Counted from the first letter of the stretch, positions 49,901-62,128 are shown. The stretch is DNA of 64,000 nt from Yuukianura sp. NJ FZ-2021 (GCA_046563655.1 CM102289.1:9796001-9860000), one strand, 5' to 3'. The notes: generated by a model not told the origin, from the sequence alone. A program made the numbers and translations.

Positions 49901-51501
49901 AAAAAAGTTAAACAAATTTGACAGAAAAAAGTCTCTGCTCGAGATACGAAAAATTTCGCAAAAGCTGAAAATTTTGAATTTCTCTAACCGTTTGGTTCCT
50001 GCTTCGTCGTCCACGATGTAGTCACGGCTGAATTTGTTGACAGCGTAGTTGGTCAAGTGCATGTAAGAGTTCTCTGTGTTGGTATTTGTAGGTGTTTTGT
50101 ACTTGGCAGTTGCAAATCTAACAAAAAAAAAAGTAATTTTTATCAAAACTTCAAAATTGAAATTTTAGAATTTTGATGTTTTTGAAAAATTGGAAACCTG
50201 GCTAGCCCTTCTTTGTAAATGTAAACGCGAAGCGGGTCGCACGAAGTGATGAGGACGTAGATTCGCATGTCAAACTTGAGATCATCGATGAGGAAAGGCT
50301 AAAAAGTGACACCGTTAAGATCAATTAATGATTTTAGTTAATTAGTTAATTAATTAATGCGTACCTTGGCGACGTAGAGTTGGCAGATAATTTTTCCGAA
50401 CGGGTTGAGATCTTTGATGTTGCGGATGAGGAAGATTCCGCGACCTTGACATCCCATCTCAGGCTTGCAAATGAACGTCTTGTGACGGCGAGAGTGAGCG
50501 TAAGTCTGGAGTTCACCCAAGCTAAAACAGAAATCAATTAGTTGAGGTCAACTTCGAGGTCAAAAGGTCAATGACCTTGAAATTTTTAAGAAAAAGTACT
50601 CTGCTGGAAGACTCCAAGTTTTCGGGTAAATGTCGTATTCTTTCGGAAAAAGTTTCCGCATTCGGTTGAGGTTCCGAGCAAGCAGATCCTTCCGACAGAT
50701 TTCGTTCATCCCGGGGAAATGATTTACGATCTAAAAATATGAAAATGTTAAAGTTTTTGAAAATTCAAAATCTGAAATTTTATAAAATTTTGAACTTTTT
50801 CTTTTACTTGGTATCGACGCATGTCCATTGCTCGTTCCAGAGACACGCTGTAGTCTGTCCAGTAAATGTTCCAGCAGTCATCTTCATTCACTTCTTTCAA
50901 GTTGAACTTCCGGGCAGCTCGACGTACGATTTCATATCGGCAGTTTGTCAGGCAGATAGTAATGGCCCTGTACAGAATTATTATAATTTTCATAATTTTT
51001 ATAATTTTAATAGTTTTTATAAATTTTATAAGTTTTTATAGTTATTGAGTTCAACAGACCGACTTCTGCGTTTGCGCTTGCCACCTTTGACTGGTGCCTT
51101 GGTTCCTTCTGGGTGTTTGGTTTTAGTTGTCAATTTCTTTGGCTTCCCATCGTCCTCTGATTCTGGAATGGACAAAAGCATGACATAGTTAACACTGATC
51201 GCTGAAATCGCTGATGTGAATGTGCTTACCAGTCTCTTCGGAAGTAGATTCGGTGGAAGTGGAGGAATCGCTGGAGGAAGCACTGGAAGATGTCGCTTCG
51301 GAGGAGTCCGAAGGAGATTCGGACGATGAGTCAGTTGTCGTCGTGTCGTCCTCTTTCTCTGGAAATGCAAAACAAAGTTAGGAGCATTTAGTGCTAAAGA
51401 ATGGAAAATCCGAAACGCCCTAGGCGTTTAGTTTGAAGTGTTTACTAGGATGTCGAATCTTTGAAAAAACGTTTTGAATTCGTACCGGTAGTTGGTGCCA
51501 T
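46999..51501 (-). CDS. TTLL6: Tubulin polyglutamylase TTLL6/TTLL13-like
   Basis: Minus-strand exons 51501-51486, 51358-51230, 51162-51060, 50967-50808, 50730-50600, 50521-50365, 50298-50198, 50117-49989, 49889-49664, 49588-49407, 49308-49098, 49006-48878, 48784-48695, 48622-48438, 48342-47574, 47433-46999. TTL core motifs [77 protein letters not shown]. Terminal exons are less certain. Confidence 0.92.
47445..47562. repeat. Degenerate GATAAT/GATAG low-complexity repeat filling a TTLL intron
   Basis: Runs of gataatgatag/ggataa between exons 47574 and 47433. Confidence 0.75.
48138..48257 (-). repeat. Coding 24-bp minisatellite (5 x RMVATPID) in TTLL C-terminal exon
   Basis: Five tandem 24-bp units, in frame in ORF 47553-48377. 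Confidence 0.9.
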
Positions 51502-51986
51502 TGGTTCGTTCACTTGATTGTGTCAATTAAAGTAACGAAATGCGCAAACTCCTGTGAAATTCGGATACTTGGCCTCTGAGTAAGTATAAAAGTAGGCTTG
51601 ATCCTCCAGCAGCAGCGTATTCGGGCGAAAAAAAAAAGATGTGCCAAACGGCAGTTCCTGAGTCGAAAAACAAACAAATAAAGACTAACATGGTGAGTGG
51701 AATTTGTGTTGCCATGGAGATTGAGTTTACAATTTCATGAAATCCAATTTTTTGAATCTCAGATGGAGTGAGACGATGCTGAGTTGCTGGAGATTTCCCA
51801 AGTACTCGAATTCTTTTCATTTCCTAAATGAAACGAATTTCTAGAGGGCAGAACGTCATGTTTTGTTTGATTGTTTTTGTAGGTTGAGCAGAATGCTGGT
51901 CCACTCTGAACGAAAGATGTTAAAACCTTTCATTTGGAGTGCATGGTTCAATGTTTTCAGAAAAAGAAGAATATTAGGCTGGAAGA
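51502..51986. promoter_or_regulatory. Candidate bidirectional promoter between TTLL6-like and GTPBP3
   Basis: Divergent start codons only ~485 bp apart; inferred from gene orientation, no transcript data. Confidence 0.55.
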
Positions 51987-54149
51987 ATGATGGGAATTTC
52001 GTACCGGAATTTGCTCCTCAAAACGAAAAAGTCGATACCGCCAGCCAGGATTTTGAATTTAACAGCCACTGCTCCGTTCTTCTCTGCTTCTGAATCCACA
52101 ATCTATGCATTGGCTACAGGTTATTACAAATTAAAAATAAAGTGTTAATTAATTAATAATCAATTAGTAATTTGATTGTTTTCTGTCTTTATGCAATAGG
52201 AGGTGTACGGTGTGCTCTTGCCGTTATTCGCGTATCGGGCAACCAAACTGCTGAAGTTGTGCGCAAAATTGCCAAAATTGAGAAATTACCGGAGCCCAGA
52301 AAAGCAATTTACAGAAAACTATATGACCCCATGGCCAAAGCCAGCGAAGTTCTGGATCACGGCATTCTACTTTGGTTTCCCGGTAAAAATTTTATCACAA
52401 TTTTACAAAATTTGAAAAATTTTATAAAAATTTTCGAAAATGTAATTTTGTTTTAGGTCCGAAAAGTTACACTGGAGAAGATTCGTGTGAATTTCATGTC
52501 CACGGAGGACCAGCCGTTATAACGAGTGTCATGCGTGCAATTGGAAACATCAACGGTTGCCGAATGGCAGAACCTGGTCAGTTTGTCTACAACTTAACTA
52601 CAAATTAAATAGTTAGCTTAACTTTGTAAATTTTTGATAGGAGAATTTACTAAACGTGCCTTTCTGAATGCCAAGATGGATTTGACGGAGGTTGATGGCC
52701 TGAGTGACCTCATTTCGGCTGAAACTGACATGCAGAGGATCCAGGCTGTCCAGCAACTCGGCGGCTCACTCGCAAAACTTTACGAATCTTGGAGAGACAG
52801 AATTGCAAAAGTTAGACTTTTCATAACTTTTTCATCAAAAACTAATTTGATTTTCGGTTGACATTTAAAACAGTTCTAATTTTGTGGTTTGATTGATAGT
52901 GTTTGGCCAATTTGGAGGCGTATATTGATTTTGGAGAAGATGAAAACTTCGATTCTGAAATTCTGGACGGTGTGAAGAGGGACATCGAAGTACTGCAAGC
53001 AGAAATTAGAAATCATTTGAGTGACAGGAGGATTGGAGAAAGATTGCGAAATGGAGTGCGTGTGGCGATTATCGGAAAACCAAATGTTGGGAAAAGCAGT
53101 TTGCTCAATATCCTATGTAATCTGAATGTTTATGACAGTATTGCATGTAATTCTTGGAAATATCTAAATTCTTGGAATGCACGATCTCTTTTGTGTTTTC
53201 AGCCAAGAGGGAAGCAGCCATTGTGTCTCCAATTCCAGGAACTACGCGGGATGTAATAGAAACTACAGTGAATTTTGGAGGTTACCCGGTTCAATTCTGT
53301 GACACGGCAGGGATACGCTCAACTCCTGGAGATGTCATTGAGCAAGAAGGGGTTAACCACTAATCATGTTCAGCTCAATTCAGCATGATCTCGGCTCTAA
53401 TTCTTGGAATTCTTTTCAATTTTCAGATGCGGCGTTCCGTGAAACAAGCCTTGGAAGCTGATTTAATCATTTTTATGATTGATTCAACACAAATCGATCA
53501 ACTGTCTACGCAGCAACAACTGACTAAGGAGATTCAAGACACTTTCTGCCAAGATGTACAAAGTTTTGTGAGTCCTCAGCACGACATACCACAATCACAT
53601 GATAAGAAATGAAAAGTTTCAATTTTGATGTTTTTAGGCTACTGGAGAAGGACTTGTTGATGTAACGGAGGAAATGAAGGAAAAGACGCTGCTGGTGATG
53701 AACAAAGTTGATTTGGCAATGGATTATGGGTCTTCTTTTACGAAATCTAGCCTGACTGGATCCATGCTCCCCAGAACGTGTGCAATATCATGCAAAACAA
53801 CGTATGGAATGGATACTTTAGTGGAGCAACTTGGGCAACGTGTAGCATCACTGTAAGTGTCAATTCCTTTGATACTTTTACAAGAGTTTCGTCTTACTTG
53901 TTGTGAAATGTGTTTAGATGTGCCAATCCGAAATCGGAAGCTGTGTATTTGACACATGAGAGGTACAGATCTCACCTAGAAAATTGTGTCCACCATTTGA
54001 CAGCCTACACGGAGAGTGAAACGATAGACTTGGCCCTCAAAGCTACCAATCTAAGGAATGCCATGAATTCCATTGGAAACATAACAGGACACTTTGGAAC
54101 GGAGGACATCCTGGACATACTTTTCCGTGATTTCTGTATCGGGAAATAA
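51987..54149 (+). CDS. GTPBP3: Mitochondrial tRNA modification GTPase GTPBP3 (MnmE/TrmE ortholog)
   Basis: Exons 51987-52119, 52200-52382, 52457-52576, 52641-52810, 52900-53116, 53203-53351, 53427-53567, 53638-53852, 53918-54149. Basic presequence-like N-terminus, [40 protein letters not shown]-loop [22 protein letters not shown], terminal FCIGK. Confidence 0.95.
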
Positions 54150-55058
54150 AGAGATGGCCGATTTCTGACCAATCGAAAAACTTTTCAATTTTGATTTGTT
54201 TTCATTTCAGTATAAACTTTTGGCGCTTCTTTTTTTTGAAATTTTGAATAATTTCTAGTTTCCGCCACTACTACATGGCGAGGTCGTCTCAAACTACAAA
54301 TCGGAATGAGACAGTGAGAGTGACGCCGTGTACAATCTGGCGCCAAATTCGTAAATGGCTTAGCATGCAAAACTACAAAATCAAACCGAAATTGCACTAC
54401 ATGCAAAAGTGGCCAATGGCAGTGGCAGTTCATTTTGTGTGATCACCGCAAAGTTCCGTTTAGGAAGACGGGATCTCGTTTTTTATCAATTTAACTTTCA
54501 GCTGAGCTCTCATTTAGGAACCCGTTACCGTTTTATCTAGGAAGTTACGGTAACGCTGAAAGTTTTGCAGTGTCAAATTGCCATTTGTTTTTGTAGTTTT
54601 GCAAGCTACGTTAGAGAGACGTCACTAATTTGAATTCCACATGATAACGTTCCAACGGTCAACACAAACGCAAATGGAGAGACGAGTTTAGACAAGAAAC
54701 AGTCCGTTAGTTAGTCCGTTAATTGTTAATTAGTTTAATTCTCATTACTTCAACCAAAAGTATCCACTAAACAGGGCTGTGTTGTGCTACAATGTGAGTT
54801 CCAGTTCCAGTTCCAGTGTTTATTCGTAATTGGAGAGGTAATTGATTACAAGTGGAGTGGACATGGGTTTTGGTATTTGAATGGATGTGATGTGTGGTGT
54901 GCCGTCGTGCGTATGAATGATTAATTTTTGTTGTCAGTGAGCATAATGTCTTCTTAACTTGCATGTCGTTTAGGATCTGCACAGTACGGAACCAGTTTAC
55001 AACGGATTCGGGTTGAACGATTTCGAGTGTCATCGGCTGAGGAAGAAGACAGTGGACG

Positions 55059-55484
55059 ATGTTGTCTGAGACTCGTGAGGACAGTATTGACGGCGTGACA
55101 GAAGATACAACCAAACAAGTCCATGGTAAAGGTAAGCATTTAGTCCATTAGTTGATGTAGGTCATGTGATTGATTTGACTGTTGATTGTTTTAGGGGGAT
55201 GGTGGGCGATATCAAAGGCGGAAGAACTTGTTGGTCCGATTGCAATTGAATTCGGGTGGCAGACTTACATAAAATCCGTTGACAACGGTCTCATCACTAT
55301 TGGTCTCCCCCACAACGAGAACGATCCTCCCTCTGCCGAAGAAATCTTCACTGCAATCCGCATTGAAGACAAGTTGGCCATCAAGTCTGGTTATGACAAG
55401 TTCATCAAAGTTGGACCAAAGAATGAACTTGTCGGGACGTCAGACGCAGTCGGAACGCCCGAACTCTTTGAACTCGTGTTCCAG
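55059..55484 (+). CDS. FRG1: FRG1-like protein (fascin-like domain), first two coding exons only; remainder not in window
   Basis: Exons 55059-55125 and 55195-55484 (phase-1 join): MLSETREDSIDGVTEDTTKQVH-GGWWAISKAEELVGPIAIEFG..YIKSVDNGLITIGLPH...PPSAEEIFTAIRI..KLAIKSGYDKF...LVGTSDAVG.PELFELVFQ|gtaac. These match FRG1 motifs AIEF, DNG, KSGY, SDAIG, VFQ. Confidence 0.85.
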
Positions 55485-56251
55485 GTAACCTATTCATCAC
55501 GCATCACGACCTTTCAATTCCAGGAAAGTTTGACCTCAACACCTGGACAACAATAAGGTAAGACAAGAATCCTTATTTTTAGTCCTAGGCATCCGGAATC
55601 ATGAATCATCTACCGACAATAGAATTTCGGCATCTCTTTTAAAATTGTCGGTTTGTCAGCTACCGAAATCGGTAGTAACCATTAATTATGGATAACCCTT
55701 CTAGATTTAGGGACACAATCCAAAACTCTCCTACACCAACACCACATATGGACAAACCCTATTTAATGTAGCATTCAATTAACTGCTGATGGAAGTACAG
55801 CAAATTTGCATAAACGGTTTAATCTTGCGATAATTTTAAAATAATTTTCAATCGAATTCGACGATTTCCTGACTACGAACAGCTTAGTTTTCTAAATTAA
55901 GTGTACTTTTGGAATGCCCGTTTTAGGTTGTTGTAAAATATCTCAACACGTACACAGGGCCCCAAAAAGAAATAGTTTTTTTTATAACTGTCCATATGTG
56001 GTGTGAATAGTTTGCCCGTATGCGTTACCAAATCCGCTAACTTTTATTTGGTATCTGGTAGGTAATGCTATTAGTTGAAAAAGTAGAAAATTGAGTCTTT
56101 TTTTATTAAAAAAAAAAACGAAAAACTTCGCGCGCGCCTACGCCGCGGGAGGTTCAACAGCTCTTAAACCAGGTCCTCTTTATGTTAGGTAGCATCTAAG
56201 TAACCTGAAACATCTAAAAAGCTGCACTTTTAGATGCTTAGATTTTTATTA

Positions 56252-57072
56252 TTCTCTGTTAAGGTGTATTTTCACATTCAGAGACAAATTTTGTACAAAG
56301 TTTATTATTCTTTGTTAAGGTGTCAATTCACTTTCAGAGACAAATTTTTTAAAAAGTTTATTATTCTTTGTTAAGGTGTCAATTCACATTCAGAGACAAA
56401 TTTTTTAAAGAGTTTATTATTCTCTGTTAAGGCATAAATACGCATTCAGAGAGAAATTTTTTAAAGAATTTATTATTCTCTGTTAAGGCATAAATACGCA
56501 TTCAGAGAGAAATTTTTTAAAGAATTTATTATTCTCTGTTAAGGCATAAATACGCATTCAGAGAGAAATTTTTTAAAGAATTTATTATTCTCTGTTAAGG
56601 CATAAATACGCATTCAGAGAGAAATTTTTTAAAGAATTTATTATTCTCTGTTAAGGCATAAATACGCATTCAGAGAGAAATTTTTTAAAGAATTTATTAT
56701 TCTCTGTTAAGGCATAAATACGCATTCGGAGACAAATTTTTTAAAGAATTTATTATTCTCTGTTAAGGCATAAATACGCATTCAGAGAGAAATTTTTTAA
56801 AGAATTTATTATTCTCTGTTAAGGCATAAATACGCATTCAGAGAGAAATTTTTTAAAGAATTTATTATTCTCTGTTAAGGCATAAATACGCATTCAGAGA
56901 GAAATTTTTTAAAGAATTTATTATTCTCTGTTAAGGCATAAATACGCATTCAGAGAGGAATTTTTTAAAGAATTTATTATTCTCTGTTAAGGCATAAATT
57001 CGCATTCAGAGACAAATTTTTTAAAGAGTTTATTGTTCTCTGCTAAGGTGTAAATTCACATTCAGAGACAAA
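56252..57072. repeat. 56-bp satellite A, block 1 (~14-15 units, diverged edge units)
   Basis: Unit AAAGAATTTATTATTCTCTGTTAAGGCATAAATACGCATTCAGAGAGAAATTTTTT; edge copies carry GGTGTCAATTCAC..CAGAGACAAA variants. Confidence 0.97.
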
Positions 57073-57265
57073 CTTTTCTCTAGAAAACTTTCTTCAAGCA
57101 AATTTTGAACTTTTCACACGTTGTTTTTCTGAATCTTTAGTGGACATTTAAAAAGTTCTTTTAAACACAACTTTTCTCTAGAGAAACTTTTTTTTAATTT
57201 TGAATTACTTTTCAAACGTTGTTTTTTGAATTTTTAGTGGGGGGGGGGTTTAAAAAGTTCTATCT
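57070..57265. repeat. Imperfect ~98-bp tandem duplication between satellites A and B
   Basis: Two copies of AACTTTTCTCTAGA..ACTTTTCA..CGTTGTTTTT..TTTAGTGG..TTTAAAAAGTTCT. Confidence 0.7.
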
Positions 57266-57297
57266 TTTCAAATATTAGATCCTTCTTTCTCACCCTC

Positions 57298-58231
57298 GAA
57301 TCCTTCGCAATTTTCTATTTTTTTAACCATTAAATTCTTAGTTCTAAGCTTTGAGTCTTTCGAAACTTTGTCTTTTTAACCACTAAATTCTTAATTCTAA
57401 GCTTCGAATCCTTCGCCACTTTCTATCTCTTTAACCATTAAATTCTTAGTTCTTAGCTTTGAATCCTTCGCCACTTTCTATCTCTTTAACCATTAAATTC
57501 TTAGTTCTTAGCTTTGAATCCTTCGCCACTTTCTATCTCTTTAACCATTAAATTCTTAGTTCTTAGCTTCGAATCATTCGCCACTTTCTATCTCTTTAAC
57601 CATTAAATTCTTAGTTCTTAGCTTCGAATCATTCGCCACTTTCTATCTCTTTAACCATTATATTCTTAGTTCTTAGCTTTGAATCCTTCGCCACTTTCTA
57701 TCTCTTTAACCATTAAATTGTTAGTTCTAAGCTTCGAATCCTTCGCCACTTTCTGTTTAACCATTAAATTCTTAGTTCTAAGCTTCGAATCCTTCGCCAC
57801 TTTCTATCTCTTTAACCATTAAATTCTTAGTTCTAAGCTTAGAATCCTTCGCCACTTTCTATCCTTTTAACCATTAAATTCTTAGTTCTAAGCTTAGAAT
57901 CCTTCGCCACTTTCTATCCTTTTAACCATTAAATTCTTAGTTCTAAGCTTTGAATCCTTCGCAACTTTCTCTTTTTAACCATTAAATTGTTAGTTCTAAG
58001 CTTCGAATCCTTCGCCACTTTCTATCTCTTTAACCATTAAATTCTTAGTTAGTTCTAAGCTTCGAATCCTTCGCCACTTTCTCTTTAACCATTAAATTCT
58101 TAGTTCTAAGCTTCGAATCCTTCGCCACATTCTATCTCTTTAACCATTAAATTCTTAGTTCTAAACTTAGAATCCTTCGCCACTTTCTATCTCTTTAACC
58201 ATTATATTCTTCGTTCTTAGCTTTGAATCCT
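57298..58231. repeat. 55-bp satellite B (~17 units) nested within satellite A
   Basis: Unit GAATCCTTCGCCACTTTCTATCTCTTTAACCATTAAATTCTTAGTTCTAAGCTTC, period 55 (e.g. 57461 to 57516), with several point and indel variants. Confidence 0.97.
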
Positions 58232-61200
58232 TAAAGGTATAAATTTACGTTCAGAGACAAATTTTTTAAAGAATTTATTATTCTCTGTTAAGGCATAAAT
58301 ACGCATTCAGAGAGAAATTTTTTAAAGAATTTATTATTCTCTGTTAAGGCATAAATACGCATTCAGAGAGAAATTTTTTAAAGAACTTATTATTCTCTGT
58401 TAAGGCATAAATACGCATTCAGAGAGAAATTTTTTAAAGAATTTATTATTCTCTGTTAAGGCATAAATACGCATTCAGAGAGAAATTTTTTAAAGAATTT
58501 ATTATTCTCTGTTAAGGCATAAATACGCATTCAGAGAGAAATTTTTTAAAGAATTTATTATTCTCTGTTAAGGCATAAATACGCATTCAGAGAGAAATTT
58601 TTTAAAGAATTTATTATTCTCTGTTAAGGCATAAATACGCATTCAGAGAGAAATTTTTTAAAGAATTTATTATTCTCTGTTAAGGCATAAATACGCATTC
58701 AGAGAGAAATTTTTTAAAGAATTTATTATTCTCTGTTAAGGCATAAATACGCATTCAGAGAGAAATTTTTTAAAGAATTTATTATTCTCTGTTAAGGCAT
58801 AAATACGCATTCAGAGAGAAATTTTTTAAAGAATTTATTATTCTCTGTTAAGGCATAAATACGCATTCAGAGAGAAATTTTTTAAAGAATTTATTATTCT
58901 CTGTTAAGGCATAAATACGCATTCAGAGAGAAATTTTTTAAAGAATTTATTATTCTCTGTTAAGGCATAAATACGCATTCAGAGAGAAATTTTTTAAAGA
59001 ATTTATTATTCTCTGTTAAGGCATAAATACGCATTCAGAGAGAAATTTTTTAAAGAATTTATTATTCTCTGTTAAGGCATAAATACGCATTCAGAGAGAA
59101 ATTTTTTAAAGAATTTATTATTCTCTGTTAAGGCATAAATACGCATTCAGAGAGAAATTTTTTAAAGAATTTATTATTCTCTGTTAAGGCATAAATACGC
59201 ATTCAGAGAGAAATTTTTTAAAGAATTTATTATTCTCTGTTAAGGCATAAATACGCATTCAGAGAGAAATTTTTTAAAGAATTTATTATTCTCTGTTAAG
59301 GCATAAATACGCATTCAGAGAGAAATTTTTTAAAGAATTTATTATTCTCTGTTAAGGCATAAATACGCATTCAGAGAGAAATTTTTTAAAGAATTTATTA
59401 TTCTCTGTTAAGGCATAAATACGCATTCAGAGAGAAATTTTTTAAAGAATTTATTATTCTCTGTTAAGGCATAAATACGCATTCAGAGAGAAATTTTTTA
59501 AAGAATTTATTATTCTCTGTTAAGGCATAAATACGCATTCAGAGAGAAATTTTTTAAAGAATTTATTATTCTCTGTTAAGGCATAAATACGCATTCAGAG
59601 AGAAATTTTTTAAAGAATTTATTATTCTCTGTTAAGGCATAAATACGCATTCAGAGAGAAATTTTTTAAAGAATTTATTATTCTCTGTTAAGGCATAAAT
59701 ACGCATTCAGAGAGAAATTTTTTAAAGAATTTATTATTCTCTGTTAAGGCATAAATACGCATTCAGAGAGAAATTTTTTAAAGAATTTATTATTCTCTGT
59801 TAAGGCATAAATACGCATTCAGAGAGAAATTTTTTAAAGAATTTATTATTCTCTGTTAAGGCATAAATACGCATTCAGAGAGAAATTTTTTAAAGAATTT
59901 ATTATTCTCTGTTAAGGCATAAATACGCATTCAGAGAGAAATTTTTTAAAGAATTTATTATTCTCTGTTAAGGCATAAATACGCATTCAGAGAGAAATTT
60001 TTTAAAGAATTTATTATTCTCTGTTAAGGCATAAATACGCATTCAGAGAGAAATTTTTTAAAGAATTTATTATTCTCTGTTAAGGCATAAATACGCATTC
60101 AGAGAGAAATTTTTTAAAGAATTTATTATTCTCTGTTAAGGCATAAATACGCATTCAGAGAGAAATTTTTTAAAGAATTTATTATTCTCTGTTAAGGCAT
60201 AAATACGCATTCAGAGAAATTTTTTAAAGAATTTATTATTCTCTGTTAAGGCATAAATACGCATTCAGAGAGAAATTTTTTAAAGAATTTATTATTCTCT
60301 GTTAAGGCATAAATACGCATTCAGAGAGAAATTTTTTAAAGAATTTATTATTCTCTGTTAAGGCATAAATACGCATTCAGAGAGAAATTTTTTAAAGAAT
60401 TTATTATTCTCTGTTAAGGCATAAATACGCATTCAGAGAGAAATTTTTTAAAGAATTTATTATTCTCTGTTAAGGCATAAATACGCATTCAGAGAGAAAT
60501 TTTTTAAAGAATTTATTATTCTCTGTTAAGGCATAAATACGCATTCAGAGAGAAATTTTTTAAAGAATTTATTATTCTCTGTTAAGGCATAAATACGCAT
60601 TCAGAGAGAAATTTTTTAAAGAATTTATTATTCTCTGTTAAGGCATAAATACGCATTCAGAGAGAAATTTTTTAAAGAATTTATTATTCTCTGTTAAGGC
60701 ATAAATACGCATTCAGAGAGAAATTTTTTAAAGAATTTATTATTCTCTGTTAAGGCATAAATACGCATTCAGAGAGAAATTTTTTAAAGAATTTATTATT
60801 CTCTGTTAAGGCATAAATACGCATTCAGAGAGAAATTTTTTAAAGAATTTATTATTCTCTGTTAAGGCATAAATACGCATTCAGAGAGAAATTTTTTAAA
60901 GAATTTATTATTCTCTGTTAAGGCATAAATACGCATTCAGAGAGAAATTTTTTAAAGAATTTATTATTCTCTGTTAAGGCATAAATACGCATTCAGAGAG
61001 AAATTTTTTAAAGAATTTATTATTCTCTGTTAAGGCATAAATACGCATTCAGAGAAACTCTCGAATCACTGCGTAAAATTTCAAATTTGAGAACCATTAA
61101 AGAATTTATTATTCTCTGTTAAGGCATAAATACGCATTCAGAGAGAAATTTTTTAAAGAATTTATTATTCTCTGTTAAGGCATAAATACGCATTCAGAGA

Positions 61201-61638
61201 GAAATTTTTTAAAGAATTTATTATTCTCTGTTAAGGCATAAATACGCATTCAGAGAGAAATTTTTTAAAGAATTTATTATTCTCTGTTAAGGCATAAATA
61301 CGCATTCAGAGAGAAATTTTTTAAAGAATTTATTATTCTCTGTTAAGGCATAAATACGCATTCAGAGAGAAATTTTTTAAAGAATTTATTATTCTCTGTT
61401 AAGGCATAAATACGCATTCAGAGAGAAATTTTTTAAAGAATTTATTATTCTCTGTTAAGGCATAAATACGCATTCAGAGAGAAATTTTTTAAAGAATTTA
61501 TTATCATTGAAATTTTAATTCTCAGGTTGCCCCAACTCTTAGTGACGTAATACGAAATTGTAAATTGTAAACACAAAATTCGTGAACTCTAAATTTTTTA
61601 AAGAATTTATTATTCTCTGTTAAGGCATAAATACGCAT
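58232..61638. repeat. 56-bp satellite A, block 2 (~58 units, two short interruptions)
   Basis: Period 56 (15 units per 840 bp); nearly invariant; interrupted at ~61058-61096 and ~61505-61590. Confidence 0.98.
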
Positions 61639-61832
61639 CATCGTCCGAAACTATCAAGTTTGTATTTCTCACAAATACAATGTAGTCAGGATTTTAGAAC
61701 TAAAACTTCTTCCCAATTAGCGATTTATAATCTTTGTAATTAAAAATTTAAATTTTTTTAATTAAAAAATTTAAATTTGAAAATTAAAAATTTTTAATTT
61801 TTTTTAAAACATATATACTAAAATTCACATGC

Positions 61833-62121
61833 ACCGCTACATGCTACGCTTGCTAGCTACGCTTCAACAATTAAAATATTATATTACTCTTCTAGTCTAG
61901 TCCTAACCACCGCTACATATACCGCTTGCTAGCTACGCTTCAACAATTAAATTCAATAAATACAACTTTAATTAATTTTACACATTAGAATTATTCAAAT
62001 TATATTACTGTTCCAGTATAGTCTAAGCCATCGCTACATGCAGCGCTTGCTAGCTACGCTTCAATAATTGAAGTCAAGAAATATGATATTAATGTTAAGG
62101 TCGAAGCGTAGCTATCTAGCG
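61833..62121. repeat. Three direct copies plus one inverted copy of a CGCTTGCTAGCTACGCTTC motif
   Basis: CGCTACAT..CGCTTGCTAGCTACGCTTCAA(C/T)AATT at ~61835, ~61911, ~62032; inverted GAAGCGTAGCTATCTAGCG at 62103-62121. Confidence 0.85.
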
Positions 62122-62128
62122 TGAAATG

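Noticed and set aside
51863..52093. 76-aa ORF as GTPBP3 N-terminus
   Set aside because: Out of frame with STIYALATG; the in-frame start is 51987, after an upstream in-frame stop.
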